Positions 24,994 through 34,009 of a stretch of DNA of 34,230 nt are shown here, in pieces. Positions within the stretch are counted from its first letter, which is position 1; every line of letters begins with the position of its first letter. The notes under the pieces were generated by a model, which was given only the letters and a program-made list of their open reading frames with translations, was not told the origin of the DNA and ran no database searches. Made by a program: the position numbers and the translations under genes. Source of the stretch: Chthonomonadaceae bacterium (GTDB lineage: Bacteria; Armatimonadota; Chthonomonadetes; Chthonomonadales; Chthonomonadaceae); the NCBI GenBank assembly GCA_035650735.1, contig DASRGZ010000030.1:1-34230 (forward strand), given 5' to 3'.

Positions 24994-27954
24994 TCAGATA
25001 CTGCCGCTCTCTTCCGCCGACTCGTCTTCATCCTCCTCATCGGTCGTGAGAAGGACGGGCTGCAGCACCTTTGGCTCGACCCACTCCGGTGGCTCGATGC
25101 CGAACAGGGGCTTTAACATGGTGTGCCAGGCCCGGAACTCCGGGAACTCGTCTGCCGCCGTCTTGCTACGGCCCCTGCCAGGGAAGCGGACTGCAACCGG
25201 TGCGGCGTTGACCAGGGCGGTCATCAGCCTAGCGCAGGGGCTGTCCGCTCCCCAACCTTGCTGCAAGGCAACCCCGCGAGCAGCACCGATCCCAGCCTGC
25301 CCGCCGCCCGCCTCCGCGTGCCGTAGGGCCAGCGCGTGGCACATGTCTATCGCGCTGACGAAATATTCGTCGTTCGGATGTACTTTGCGGCTGGGCCTGG
25401 CGCGGCCCCTGACACCCACGTCAAATAGAGCCATCTGCTCCTGCTCACTGCGGATCGGTCTGTCGCGCCGTCGCTCCGCCGCAGGAAGCAGTTTCACCTT
25501 CTCGCCGCTGGTGGTCACCAGTCCCGTCTCCTTGAGGCGCGCTACGTCCATCCCCACAGAGCGGCCCAAGAGCATAGCTTCATTGAACCGAAATTCCGCC
25601 GCACCCAGCACGTCCCAGCAGAGGAGCACAAACCGGCTTTCGGCGTCCACCCCAACCAAGCCCCGCTCCGCTAACTGCTGGACGCGCCAGTCCGCAACCG
25701 CGTCCGCTGCCATCTGAATGGCATCGGAGACTGTGACCCGCTCACCGGTGTCCATTCGCACCTCGTCATAGGCACTGAAAACGGCCATTGCAGGCCCGAA
25801 GGCTCCCACAAGTTGGTCAACGGCGTTCAGGCCCTCGGCCTTGAGCCGGGCGGCGGTCGTCTGGGCCGCATCGCGAATCGCCTCCTGCATTGCATCGTCG
25901 TAGTAGCCGCGCCCGGTTCCAGCATTCCGCTTTCGCGCTACCAGCAGGACGGTACTCTGCGCCGCGTTCTTTTTCGCCTGGTGTAGGCTGTGCTGGCTCT
26001 CCGTCTGCACCGGCCAGGTAGCAGTGATTGTAAAGCCAGCCGTGATGAGTGACTCGAACAGGGCGGCCCACGCGCTCTGCTGCTTGTGGGTAAACATCAC
26101 CGTCAACGCACCATCGTCTCGCAATATGCGCCGTGCCTCCTTAAAGGCGTCTGTCATCAATTTCTGGTAGAATTCGTGCGCCTGCTGCTTCGCCTGCGTT
26201 GGGGTGGGCGCACCATTGCGATGCCGGGAGATGTTGACAACGGCCTCCTCTGCATGGTCGCACAGGGAGGTCGAAAACCATTCAGGACGCCGATGCCCCT
26301 GCGTCCGTTTGAGCCAGGGATAAAAGAAATCAGCCAACTCACTATACTGCACGTTGTCGGCATACGGGGGATCAACGGTCACGCAGGTCATGCTTCCATC
26401 CTCCAGAGAGGGAAGGTTAGTCGCGCTGCCCTGGGAAATGCAAACCTTCTCCGACCTCGGCGTGTGCGGTAGTTCAGCAATCCCTTTATATGCGTCAATC
26501 ACGCTATCCAAAGCCCATGCCAGACCTCCGCCTGCCACACAGGGAGCCATTTCTGTGAACGTCGCCTTGAAGGAGAAGTCATGCCGGTCAAAAACACTTC
26601 GGATAATCTGATGCGAAGTATGCCATGAAGCCAGTGCGCTGTTGTAGTTGGCGAACTTGTCTATCGCGAAGGCCAGCATGTGAGTTACCGCCTCGCCGAC
26701 TTCCTCTCCTTCGGCATGAACAATCTCCTGGCGAAGATGTTGCAACTCCTCCACCAGCACGCCGAGGGCCAGCAGTTGGCGCGGGGCGAACAGATCGGCC
26801 CAGCAAGACATACCTACATTCAAGGGTTCTTTTGTTTTGTCACCCTGAGGTATCTGCTCAGTCGGAACAACGCCATCCCGCTCCCACTGCGGGTGGAGGC
26901 GGGCTAGTTCGCGCGTCGCGGCTTCCAATGCTCGCAGGTCGGTTGGCTCAGCGGGGCGAAACTCCAGTCCGGTAACTTTGGATGCAATTGCATAAAGCGT
27001 GCTACCCATCTTCCCGGTCTGCGCCATCGCCTTTATATAGTCGGATGAAATCACTGTATTCGTGAAGAGCGAGACACCTTTGCCGTCGCCATAAGTGGGG
27101 GCCGGAGCCTGCCGTAACTGTCCTGCCCCCTTGCCGATCTCTCTTACCTGGATCGTCCACGTTCCGCGCTCTCTATCCACGACTGGTTCAGCGACCAAAT
27201 GCCGCCCGCCCTTCGACTTGAGCAGGCTCCAGTCCGGCACCAACGGGGTGGAGAGGTCGGTATCCGGGCAGGGAACGGTGCGGGCATAGATGTAGGCGTG
27301 AACAAGTGCCATCGGCTCCTTTGGATAGAAGAGCCCCAGGCGCTCTACCGCCCGCTCCTCCCACACCTTTCCCCATTTCCGTGCCTTGTCCACCAATCTC
27401 GATCCGAAGCGGAACGGATACTCTACCGTCGCCTCCAGCACAGAGCAGGCGACCGGATTGTACTCATTTGCCAGCGATTTCAAACCCAGCCGCGCTGCCT
27501 CCAGAGGAATAGAACCACCTCCTGCCATCGGGTCTATGACTGTAGGTGTCTCGCCCCAGAGGGTCTCCATCATCGTGTGCGCCTCATTGAGATCGGCCTC
27601 CTGTAAGACGTTTGTGAACGCACGCCCATAGCCAAAGCCACCCTCCACCTTAACCCCCATATCCATTTCTTCCTGGATGCGGACGATCTCGGCAGAGGAC
27701 TTTCTAAAGCCTAGAAGTCGCTCAAAGGTGGCCCGGTCGAAGTCGGCGGGGAGGAGGCTGGCGAGGACAGCCGCACGGGAGACGGTAAGGGGGCGACGCG
27801 CCCACCAGACGTGCAGGCGCTTGTCTGGCGGCTGTTGACCCGTGGAACGCTCACGGATACACTCCACGCCGATAGCCTGGGCGGGGAGCCATTCTTCGAT
27901 AAGCAGGCGCGGACGTGCGCCATTGGTCTTCGGTAGCATGGGTATGTCCTCCAA
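24994..27954 (-). CDS. DUF1156-type adenine-specific DNA methyltransferase
   Basis: LHVWWARRPL..SRA, SAM-binding DPMAGGGSIPLEA, catalytic DPPY, ITATWP..TE. Confidence 0.92.
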   Translation of the reverse strand: MEDIPMLPKTNGARPRLLIEEWLPAQAIGVECIRERSTGQQPPDKRLHVWWARRPLTVSRAAVLASLLPADFDRATFERLLGFRKSSAEIVRIQEEMDMGVKVEGGFGYGRAFTNVLQEADLNEAHTMMETLWGETPTVIDPMAGGGSIPLEAARLGLKSLANEYNPVACSVLEATVEYPFRFGSRLVDKARKWGKVWEERAVERLGLFYPKEPMALVHAYIYARTVPCPDTDLSTPLVPDWSLLKSKGGRHLVAEPVVDRERGTWTIQVREIGKGAGQLRQAPAPTYGDGKGVSLFTNTVISSDYIKAMAQTGKMGSTLYAIASKVTGLEFRPAEPTDLRALEAATRELARLHPQWERDGVVPTEQIPQGDKTKEPLNVGMSCWADLFAPRQLLALGVLVEELQHLRQEIVHAEGEEVGEAVTHMLAFAIDKFANYNSALASWHTSHQIIRSVFDRHDFSFKATFTEMAPCVAGGGLAWALDSVIDAYKGIAELPHTPRSEKVCISQGSATNLPSLEDGSMTCVTVDPPYADNVQYSELADFFYPWLKRTQGHRRPEWFSTSLCDHAEEAVVNISRHRNGAPTPTQAKQQAHEFYQKLMTDAFKEARRILRDDGALTVMFTHKQQSAWAALFESLITAGFTITATWPVQTESQHSLHQAKKNAAQSTVLLVARKRNAGTGRGYYDDAMQEAIRDAAQTTAARLKAEGLNAVDQLVGAFGPAMAVFSAYDEVRMDTGERVTVSDAIQMAADAVADWRVQQLAERGLVGVDAESRFVLLCWDVLGAAEFRFNEAMLLGRSVGMDVARLKETGLVTTSGEKVKLLPAAERRRDRPIRSEQEQMALFDVGVRGRARPSRKVHPNDEYFVSAIDMCHALALRHAEAGGGQAGIGAARGVALQQGWGADSPCARLMTALVNAAPVAVRFPGRGRSKTAADEFPEFRAWHTMLKPLFGIEPPEWVEPKVLQPVLLTTDEEDEDESAEESGSI

Positions 27955-27996
27955 TAAGCGGCGCGCGTCGGGGCGAAACCGAAATAAACCGGGGCG

Positions 27997-28452
27997 TTAC
28001 TCTACCGCCTCCGTCAAAATGCGAAACGCGCGGAGCGCGCGCGTGTTATCTTCGCGGGTCATCAGGCCGAGCCACCAGGCTGCCTCATCCGGGTCGGAAT
28101 GGCGTAGGTGGCCCGCCGCCAAAATCAATCGCTCCGCGTCCCGTAGCCCCGCAGCCAGCAGCGCAAAACAGGCTATCCGTGCGCCCCAATCTGCGCTTAG
28201 GGGATGATAGGGGCCGGTTGCCAGTTCAAGCGATGCTCCATTGCCGTTGGTCTTTCCACGCGGGTGAGCAGCGCGAACTGCATCGCGAAGAAGTGGCGTC
28301 GCAGCGGTAAAGGCGAGTGGAGAGAGAGTTGCGATGCGTTGCAGCCGGTCATTTCCATTGGGATCGGACATTCGCCGATAGACAATGCCCGCACGTCCAT
28401 CGCGGCGCTCCACAATCCGTAACGCGAAGGGGGCCTGACGAATTACTGTCAC
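27997..28452 (-). CDS. Small conserved-looking accessory protein (occupies the DUF3780 position of such operons)
   Basis: GTG start overlaps the ATPase stop (GTGA); C-terminal EAAWW...RAFRIL motif. Family assignment is positional only. Confidence 0.7.
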   Translation of the reverse strand: MTVIRQAPFALRIVERRDGRAGIVYRRMSDPNGNDRLQRIATLSPLAFTAATPLLRDAVRAAHPRGKTNGNGASLELATGPYHPLSADWGARIACFALLAAGLRDAERLILAAGHLRHSDPDEAAWWLGLMTREDNTRALRAFRILTEAVE

Positions 28453-31358
28453 GCCTCTGGCTCCTCGCCGAACTCAGCTTCAATCTCCACTTCCGGGCTG
28501 GCCGTGTTCTGCGCCTGCTCCAATTTCGACTCTGTGTCGGTTGCGCCCCCGTTGGTGAAGGAGAGAGCAAGTTCCGCATTAAAGGTGGCGTCCTCCCCCA
28601 TTGCGCGCAGCAACATGGAGGCCGTATCGAGCGGTTTCAGCGCATGGTTGTGTTTTAGGTCGCGCGCCAGAAACTGGACGCTGCCTCCGTCCTTGAGGTC
28701 GCCCCCTGCAGAAACGGAGAGCGTCAGCGACTGCGCCCCGAACGGCTGCGCCAGGCCGATCAGCGTTTTGGCCGCCTCAATCTTCGGCGCACGCAGTGTG
28801 AGCGACCGTAACGGGCGTTTTGCGGCATGTCCGATGGCGTCTCCCCAGGTGGTGGCAATCACCGTTCTGTTCGGTATCCAGCCTCCGCCAGGCGGTGGGG
28901 GAGTCGGAGGTGGCTCCTTGACCGCATCCACAACTTTGAGCCAGTCTGCCACACAGGGGGCGTCCTTTGGAGCCAGCAGCACATCGGAGTCCATTTTCAG
29001 CGTGGTCAACTTCTTCTCTATCCGCCGCCGCGCACCGGCTGCGCCCGTAACGCATCCGTTTTCATTATAGGCGTCGCCGCTAGACAGCCGGACGACGACC
29101 TTCCCCTGCTCTACGGCCCTGAGAATGGCGTTCCGTATTGGATCGGCGTTCCGCATCAGACGCAGTTTGTCGCTGGCAAGGGCGCGTTCATGTACCCTGT
29201 CAGCGGGATAGGCTCCTTCGTGGTCGAGAGAGGGAGTAGCCCCCTTCATGATGCTGTCCACCAGAAGGTCTGCGTCCAGTGCGTCGGTCGGCTGGTAGAC
29301 CAGTTTTTTGTCGTCTAGGAACTGTTTAAGGGCCGCCTGCCCGCTTGTTACATCAAGGGGGCTTTCATCTGAGACGAGGTATTTTTCGTCCAGCGTGACA
29401 GAAGGCCGCCCCTGGAACACCACCCGATTGAAGGCCCTGATGGTGCGGATACGAGCGCGGCGACGAAGCGTGGGAACCAGCGTCGCCAACTGCTCCTTGA
29501 GAGCCTTGTTTTTCGCATGTTCCTTGTTGATCTCGTCCGCCGCCTTCGAGAGACGAACGGCCTGGATCGCCTCCTCCAGCGCTAGATGGGTGGGCGCGAC
29601 GCCGAATATGGCATTACGGAAGCGGCGCGGGCGTTTCGCGTCTGGTTCGCTGTCGTCTTCGTAGTCGCAAACCGCCTGTGCAAACGCCTCTGTGTCTCCC
29701 AGCACGAGTTTAAGGTCGGCGGTGTCAGAGACGGCACGCGGGCTGGCAGGATAGGCGATCAGTTTGAAGGTGTTTCCCCCGAAATAGCCCTGCGCCAGCG
29801 TTAAAACGTCCGCCCGCGCGTCGGCAGTCAGGATGCTTTCCGCCCGTTCCTCGATCAGCTTGTTGGCATTCGGCTCGTATCGGAATTGGTACCTTCGCCC
29901 GGTGTCGTCCTTATAGGTGTGCCAGCAGACGGAGAGGAGCCGGTCTATCGCTTCCCCTGCCTCATGGCCGACCTCGCTGGGCCGGAGCGTCGCCAGCGTC
30001 AGATCGCGCTTGTCCATCGCCGCGTTGGGGTTCATGGGCAAGCTCTCCAGCAGGAGCGCTGCGGCGACACGGCGGTGGATGTCCGTCGTGAATTCGCTGT
30101 CGAGTTTAGCGGCATGACCAATCACGTCCGCATCTACTGCGGCCTTGAACTGGTCACGGTTGAGCCGTTGGAGGAGTTCCGCTTGGATACGGTCACTAGC
30201 CCAGTCCAGATCGCCCGCAGTGACCAGTTCGATGTCGGCGCTCCGCTCCCAGATGTCTCGCAGGATGCGCCCGAACAGGCGGAGCGTTCCCCGGCTCTTC
30301 TGGAAGTCCTGCAAGGCTCCCAAACGGTTTTGCGCGGTCTCCAAAAGCCGCGGGTGGAACGGGTAGCACTCTACGATACGTGCGGCGTAGTCGGTGGTTG
30401 CGGCCTCCGGTGGCACGGCATCCGGCGCTTCTTTCGCTATGCGGGTGTAGGCGTTGTAATATTCGGCGGATACGGCATCGGTGGCACTCTTCTCCACCTT
30501 CTCGAACAGGCGGCGGACAATCACCTGGGCAGCCTCATTGCCAATCGGGTCGTAGTCGGAGGTCTTCCTTCCCAACTCGTCGTCCAAGCGGCTTGCGGCC
30601 TGCTGCACGGCGCTGGCAAGGGCAGTTGCCTGCTGCTGGTAGGCCATCTGGCTGGCTGGGTCGGTAATGACAAGGACTGCCTGATGCCGCGCGCCGATCT
30701 CGGAAATCAGAAGGCCAACGAATTTGAGCAATGCTCCCTGGCCGCGCTCCGAGAGGGTGACCATATATTTCACCAGTTCGTCTATGAGGATGAGAACTGG
30801 CGTGTCGGAAGGAAGAAGCGCGCGGACAATGGCGGCATCTGGAGCGGTTTCCGGGTCATCCACTGATGCCACCTTTGCGTAAGCCGCTTCCTGCCCCAAC
30901 TGAAAGGCTAACTCTCCCCAAAGGCTCTTCGTTACCAGGTCGCCATGCCTGCCACAGACAGTGGCACCCATTTTTTCTCCGTCCACTCCGGCGACCACCA
31001 CACTATGGGGTCGCCCTGCGGCGGGCAAGAGTTCCGTACCCAGAGTCATGTCCTTAATGTTGCGCGCCAGGTGCCAGAGGGCGATAAGCGTATGGCTCTT
31101 ACCACCTCCGAAGCCGGTCGAAAGGCGCACAGCAGTTCCTGCTTCATTTGGGTCAGCCAGGCGGGAGAAAATCGCTGTGACGACCTTTTTCAGAGGCGCA
31201 GCGGGGTGCGTGTTGCCGAAGAAGCGGGCCGGAGCCCGATATACCTCAGCCCCAGCCCCCTCTAACACAAGGCCAAAATCCGCGGCGAAGATGCCTTCTT
31301 CTAGGTCGCCTTTAAGGACTTCTGCACGCGGAACACAGGTGCAACGAATCGGCTTCAA
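28449..31358 (-). CDS. DUF499-family AAA+ ATPase (BrxC/PglY-related)
   Basis: PR.EVL.G...FAADF, L.TGFGGGKSH (Walker A), LWGELA.QLG, LILIDE (Walker B), RRLFE, YPFHP, FQKSRG.LR; TTG start with SD GGAGG. Confidence 0.9.
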   Translation of the reverse strand: MKPIRCTCVPRAEVLKGDLEEGIFAADFGLVLEGAGAEVYRAPARFFGNTHPAAPLKKVVTAIFSRLADPNEAGTAVRLSTGFGGGKSHTLIALWHLARNIKDMTLGTELLPAAGRPHSVVVAGVDGEKMGATVCGRHGDLVTKSLWGELAFQLGQEAAYAKVASVDDPETAPDAAIVRALLPSDTPVLILIDELVKYMVTLSERGQGALLKFVGLLISEIGARHQAVLVITDPASQMAYQQQATALASAVQQAASRLDDELGRKTSDYDPIGNEAAQVIVRRLFEKVEKSATDAVSAEYYNAYTRIAKEAPDAVPPEAATTDYAARIVECYPFHPRLLETAQNRLGALQDFQKSRGTLRLFGRILRDIWERSADIELVTAGDLDWASDRIQAELLQRLNRDQFKAAVDADVIGHAAKLDSEFTTDIHRRVAAALLLESLPMNPNAAMDKRDLTLATLRPSEVGHEAGEAIDRLLSVCWHTYKDDTGRRYQFRYEPNANKLIEERAESILTADARADVLTLAQGYFGGNTFKLIAYPASPRAVSDTADLKLVLGDTEAFAQAVCDYEDDSEPDAKRPRRFRNAIFGVAPTHLALEEAIQAVRLSKAADEINKEHAKNKALKEQLATLVPTLRRRARIRTIRAFNRVVFQGRPSVTLDEKYLVSDESPLDVTSGQAALKQFLDDKKLVYQPTDALDADLLVDSIMKGATPSLDHEGAYPADRVHERALASDKLRLMRNADPIRNAILRAVEQGKVVVRLSSGDAYNENGCVTGAAGARRRIEKKLTTLKMDSDVLLAPKDAPCVADWLKVVDAVKEPPPTPPPPGGGWIPNRTVIATTWGDAIGHAAKRPLRSLTLRAPKIEAAKTLIGLAQPFGAQSLTLSVSAGGDLKDGGSVQFLARDLKHNHALKPLDTASMLLRAMGEDATFNAELALSFTNGGATDTESKLEQAQNTASPEVEIEAEFGEEPEA

Positions 31359-31381
31359 CAGAACACGCCTCCAGGGAACAG

Positions 31382-31582
31382 TCAGTCGGTAGCGTTGCCA
31401 TAGGGGAACAACATGGCAAGCGCGACCTGAAAGCCGCGCCTGCCATATTTCACCCGCTGAGTATGAAAGTCCTGCTCAAATTTCTGGTTGACGGGGACAG
31501 GACTACTTTTAGGCTTCTGTTTCTGCATCTGGTCGAAGCTCTGCCATTCAAAACCTGACACTTTTACTTGCGACGTATCCAA
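31382..31582 (-). CDS. Possible small protein at the head of the defence operon
   Basis: 66-aa ORF, co-oriented and ending 23 bp before the ATPase start; no motif recognised; TTG start. Confidence 0.3.
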   Translation of the reverse strand: MDTSQVKVSGFEWQSFDQMQKQKPKSSPVPVNQKFEQDFHTQRVKYGRRGFQVALAMLFPYGNATD

Positions 31583-31594
31583 CCCCCAGGCACG

Positions 31595-32683
31595 ATGTCA
31601 TGGGCATTACTCGGCTTGGAGGCGCGCAACGTGACACATTCGATACCAAAGGAAGTCCCAGAGCAGGCAACAGAACCTTTTGTCGTAGTACCTGGAGGAC
31701 ATAGTATTACGGGGGTCACTGGTACAACGTGCCTGGTGGATTGGCTGAGATTTACACTACCGGAAAGTCCGAACGCACTGGAACAGGCAATGAGTCTGGT
31801 GGGTGAGGAAAGGAATTGGCGGCAGACCGAGGGAGGACGTATGGGGTATAGCTACACGCTCCGACGGGGTTCTGTCGTTATGTATCAATCTCGCGACGGC
31901 AATCGCGTCTGCGTTGACTTGTCCGGTGCGGGTTGCCGCCAGTTGGAGAAGGATCGTGGGCTTAACACGGAGGAGGATTGGCAGAAGTTCCTGGGCGGCT
32001 TAGTCAGCGCAGGGGCATCGTTTCCACGGGTGGATTGGGCTCTTGACGACCAGGCGGGATTGCTCGATATGGCGATAATAATGGAGTCTGTCCGCGCCGG
32101 AAATTTCACCAGCCGTTTTCGCACCGTCAAGGCCCTTGACGTATGTAGGGGAGTGGATGGCCCGGAGATTAGATGTGGATCACGCAATTCGGAGTCCTAC
32201 GTCCGCATCTACCACAAGGGCCTGCAACTTGCTGCCCAGAGGAAAGCCGTGATCGGGAAGAGCAGCGTGCGTGCAGAGATAGAAACGAAGGATAGGCAGG
32301 CTGCGGCCCTGGTAAGGCAATTCATGGCGCTGGGTGCTCCGGCCATCACCAGTGATCTCCTGGCGCGGCTGGCGTTTCGCATTCCTGCGCGAAGTCGGAA
32401 CAAGGGACGGTGGCTCTTTGCCCCCTGGTGGCTCGCATTTCTCGGTACTGACAATCCCGCGCGCGTGGTTGTCGTACCCCAAAAGCGTTCGGTAGCGGAC
32501 GATGCGGCTTGGATCGAAAGCCAGTGCATACCCGCTATCGCTCGCCTGTGGGAAAGCGCCGACTATGGCCCTTCCTGGTTCTCACGCCGGGTTTCTGAAT
32601 ATCGGGAGCGGCAGACTCAGCACCAGCGGGAATGTCACCACACGGAGGCGGTTGGCCGTCCGCATCCTGGTCAAGAGATTTGA
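31595..32683 (+). CDS. Rep_trans (replication initiation factor) / MOB_T-like nickase
   Basis: VDWLRFT, G.MGY, LSG.GC, RVDWALDD, GSR.S...VRIYHK (catalytic Tyr), RAEIETK, WW..F. Start uncertain (31568, 31595 or 31631). Confidence 0.85.
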   Translation: MSWALLGLEARNVTHSIPKEVPEQATEPFVVVPGGHSITGVTGTTCLVDWLRFTLPESPNALEQAMSLVGEERNWRQTEGGRMGYSYTLRRGSVVMYQSRDGNRVCVDLSGAGCRQLEKDRGLNTEEDWQKFLGGLVSAGASFPRVDWALDDQAGLLDMAIIMESVRAGNFTSRFRTVKALDVCRGVDGPEIRCGSRNSESYVRIYHKGLQLAAQRKAVIGKSSVRAEIETKDRQAAALVRQFMALGAPAITSDLLARLAFRIPARSRNKGRWLFAPWWLAFLGTDNPARVVVVPQKRSVADDAAWIESQCIPAIARLWESADYGPSWFSRRVSEYRERQTQHQRECHHTEAVGRPHPGQEI

Positions 32684-32702
32684 GGGGCTTCCGCGCTTCG
32701 GC

Positions 32703-32730
32703 TGAGTTCCGCAGTAAACTGCGGAACTCA
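32703..32730. terminator. Perfect hairpin downstream of Rep_trans
   Basis: TGAGTTCCGCAGT-AA-ACTGCGGAACTCA. Confidence 0.55.
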
Positions 32731-32835
32731 ACCTTATTGTACACGCCCATTTGCTGGGTTGGCGAAAGGGGAATACGGCAGAGGCAATCACTCTGATCCG
32801 GCACAGAAGGTTCCGGCCCCCTTACCCCATCGTGA

Positions 32836-32857
32836 TTTGCCGAATGTGTTCGGCAAA
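32836..32857. terminator. Hairpin just after the XRE stop codon
   Basis: TTTGCCGAA-TGTG-TTCGGCAAA. Confidence 0.5.
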
Positions 32858-32865
32858 ATCATCTT

Positions 32866-33132
32866 CTAATCCAACCCCTCTAAGAGTTCTGCAAGAGTAA
32901 CCTCCAATGCCTGTGCCAGGTTCCACAAGGTCGTGGCAGAAGGGTTTCGCTTTCCCGTCTCAATCCCGCTAATCTGAAACTGCGTCAGCCCTGCCTCTAA
33001 AGCGACCCTCTCTTGAGAGAGTCCGCGCGCCGCTCTAAGCTCACGGATTTTGACTCCGAGGCGCTGCCGAAAGAGAGCCTCCTTCTGCTTTCTGTCGTTC
33101 TCCTCTTTTATCGGCCCGTCTGCCCTGGTCAT
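32866..33132 (-). CDS. XRE-family HTH transcriptional regulator
   Basis: G.KIRELR..RGLSQE.VA...GLT...IS.IETGKRNPS..TL..LA.ALEV. Confidence 0.92.
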   Translation of the reverse strand: MTRADGPIKEENDRKQKEALFRQRLGVKIRELRAARGLSQERVALEAGLTQFQISGIETGKRNPSATTLWNLAQALEVTLAELLEGLD

Positions 33133-33164
33133 GCCGAATATCGTAAGCCGGAAGGAGGAAAAAA

Positions 33165-33186
33165 TCCATATACGAGCGTATATAGA
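33165..33186. promoter_or_regulatory. Palindromic operator candidate between divergent XRE and PDZ genes
   Basis: TCC-ATATACG-AG-CGTATAT-AGA. Confidence 0.55.
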
Positions 33187-33248
33187 GGACGGTGATTGGC
33201 CCGTGAGATCACCTTAATGAGGCAGAGAACCTTGAGAGGAGGAGGAAT

Positions 33249-33749
33249 ATGCTGATTGGAATCATCGTCTTCATGATCGTGATCCTCTTCGTGTGTGCAG
33301 TGTGGGGACGCGAAGCGGCGCAGGGGTGTTTCTGGACAGGAGTAACACTTGCTGCAGTTTTCTTTTTGTTAGTGCTGGGAGGATTTTTCTGGCTGGTGGG
33401 TACTGCCTCGCGAGAAGCGAACGAGCATGAGCAGCAAGTCGCGGCCTCCACTTCCCGCACGCGAATTGGTATTGGGGAATTGGCTCTTGCCCCCTCTACT
33501 GCGAGTATGTATGGATTACCATCAGGGGCAGGAATTTATGTCCAGTCGGTTGAGCCGGGCAGCCCTGCCGCAGTCGCCGGAATACAGGTTGGCGATTGCG
33601 TCCTGGCCGCGAACGGTACGATAGTCGGCCCAGCCTTTGATCTCAATGCAGCGAAGGCGGGGATGTCGCCGGGTATGGTCATCACCATTCGGATCGGGAG
33701 AGGTGGGCAGGTATATGATGTGCCAATCACTCTTGCCAGCGCGCCGTGA
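33249..33749 (+). CDS. Membrane protein with C-terminal PDZ domain
   Basis: SD GGAGGAGG; two hydrophobic helices; G.YV..V.PGSPA..AGIQ.GD.V...NG; no protease domain. Confidence 0.8.
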   Translation: MLIGIIVFMIVILFVCAVWGREAAQGCFWTGVTLAAVFFLLVLGGFFWLVGTASREANEHEQQVAASTSRTRIGIGELALAPSTASMYGLPSGAGIYVQSVEPGSPAAVAGIQVGDCVLAANGTIVGPAFDLNAAKAGMSPGMVITIRIGRGGQVYDVPITLASAP

Positions 33750-33906
33750 GGGTTGGAGACAGAACTTCGCATATTCAGCAGATGGCGAGGTGCCAACGTT
33801 TCAGGGGGACAATGGTCGCCCGCCCACGGAATGCCGGTACTGACCAGTGGCGAGGAAGCATTTATATCAATTGTGCGTCCATGAGGGCAACGGAAAATAT
33901 TCGCTC

Positions 33907-33936
33907 TTGACCATGAACCCGTTTGGGGAGTATACT
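33907..33936 (+). promoter_or_regulatory. Element-supplied sigma70 promoter for the restored tRNA-Val
   Basis: TTGACC-18-TATACT, 73 nt upstream of the tRNA. Confidence 0.65.
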
Positions 33937-34009
33937 ATACCCCGGCAGATGCGGTCAGAGAAACAGCCGGGGCTATACCCCAGGTTTTCTTCGCTATCAG
34001 TGTCATCGC

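Noticed and set aside
20722..31358. Canonical BREX or DISARM call
   Set aside because: No PglZ, BrxL, or DrmB/DUF1998 genes recognised; the gene set fits the DUF499/DUF1156 restriction-like type.
31702..31710. TAGTATTAC matches the circovirus/nanovirus nonanucleotide
   Set aside because: The surrounding protein is Rep_trans family, not an HUH Rep, and there is no capsid gene, so an ssDNA virus origin is unsupported.
12479..34009. Complete prophage or self-transmissible ICE
   Set aside because: No terminase, capsid, tail, lysis, VirB4 or coupling-protein genes are visible.
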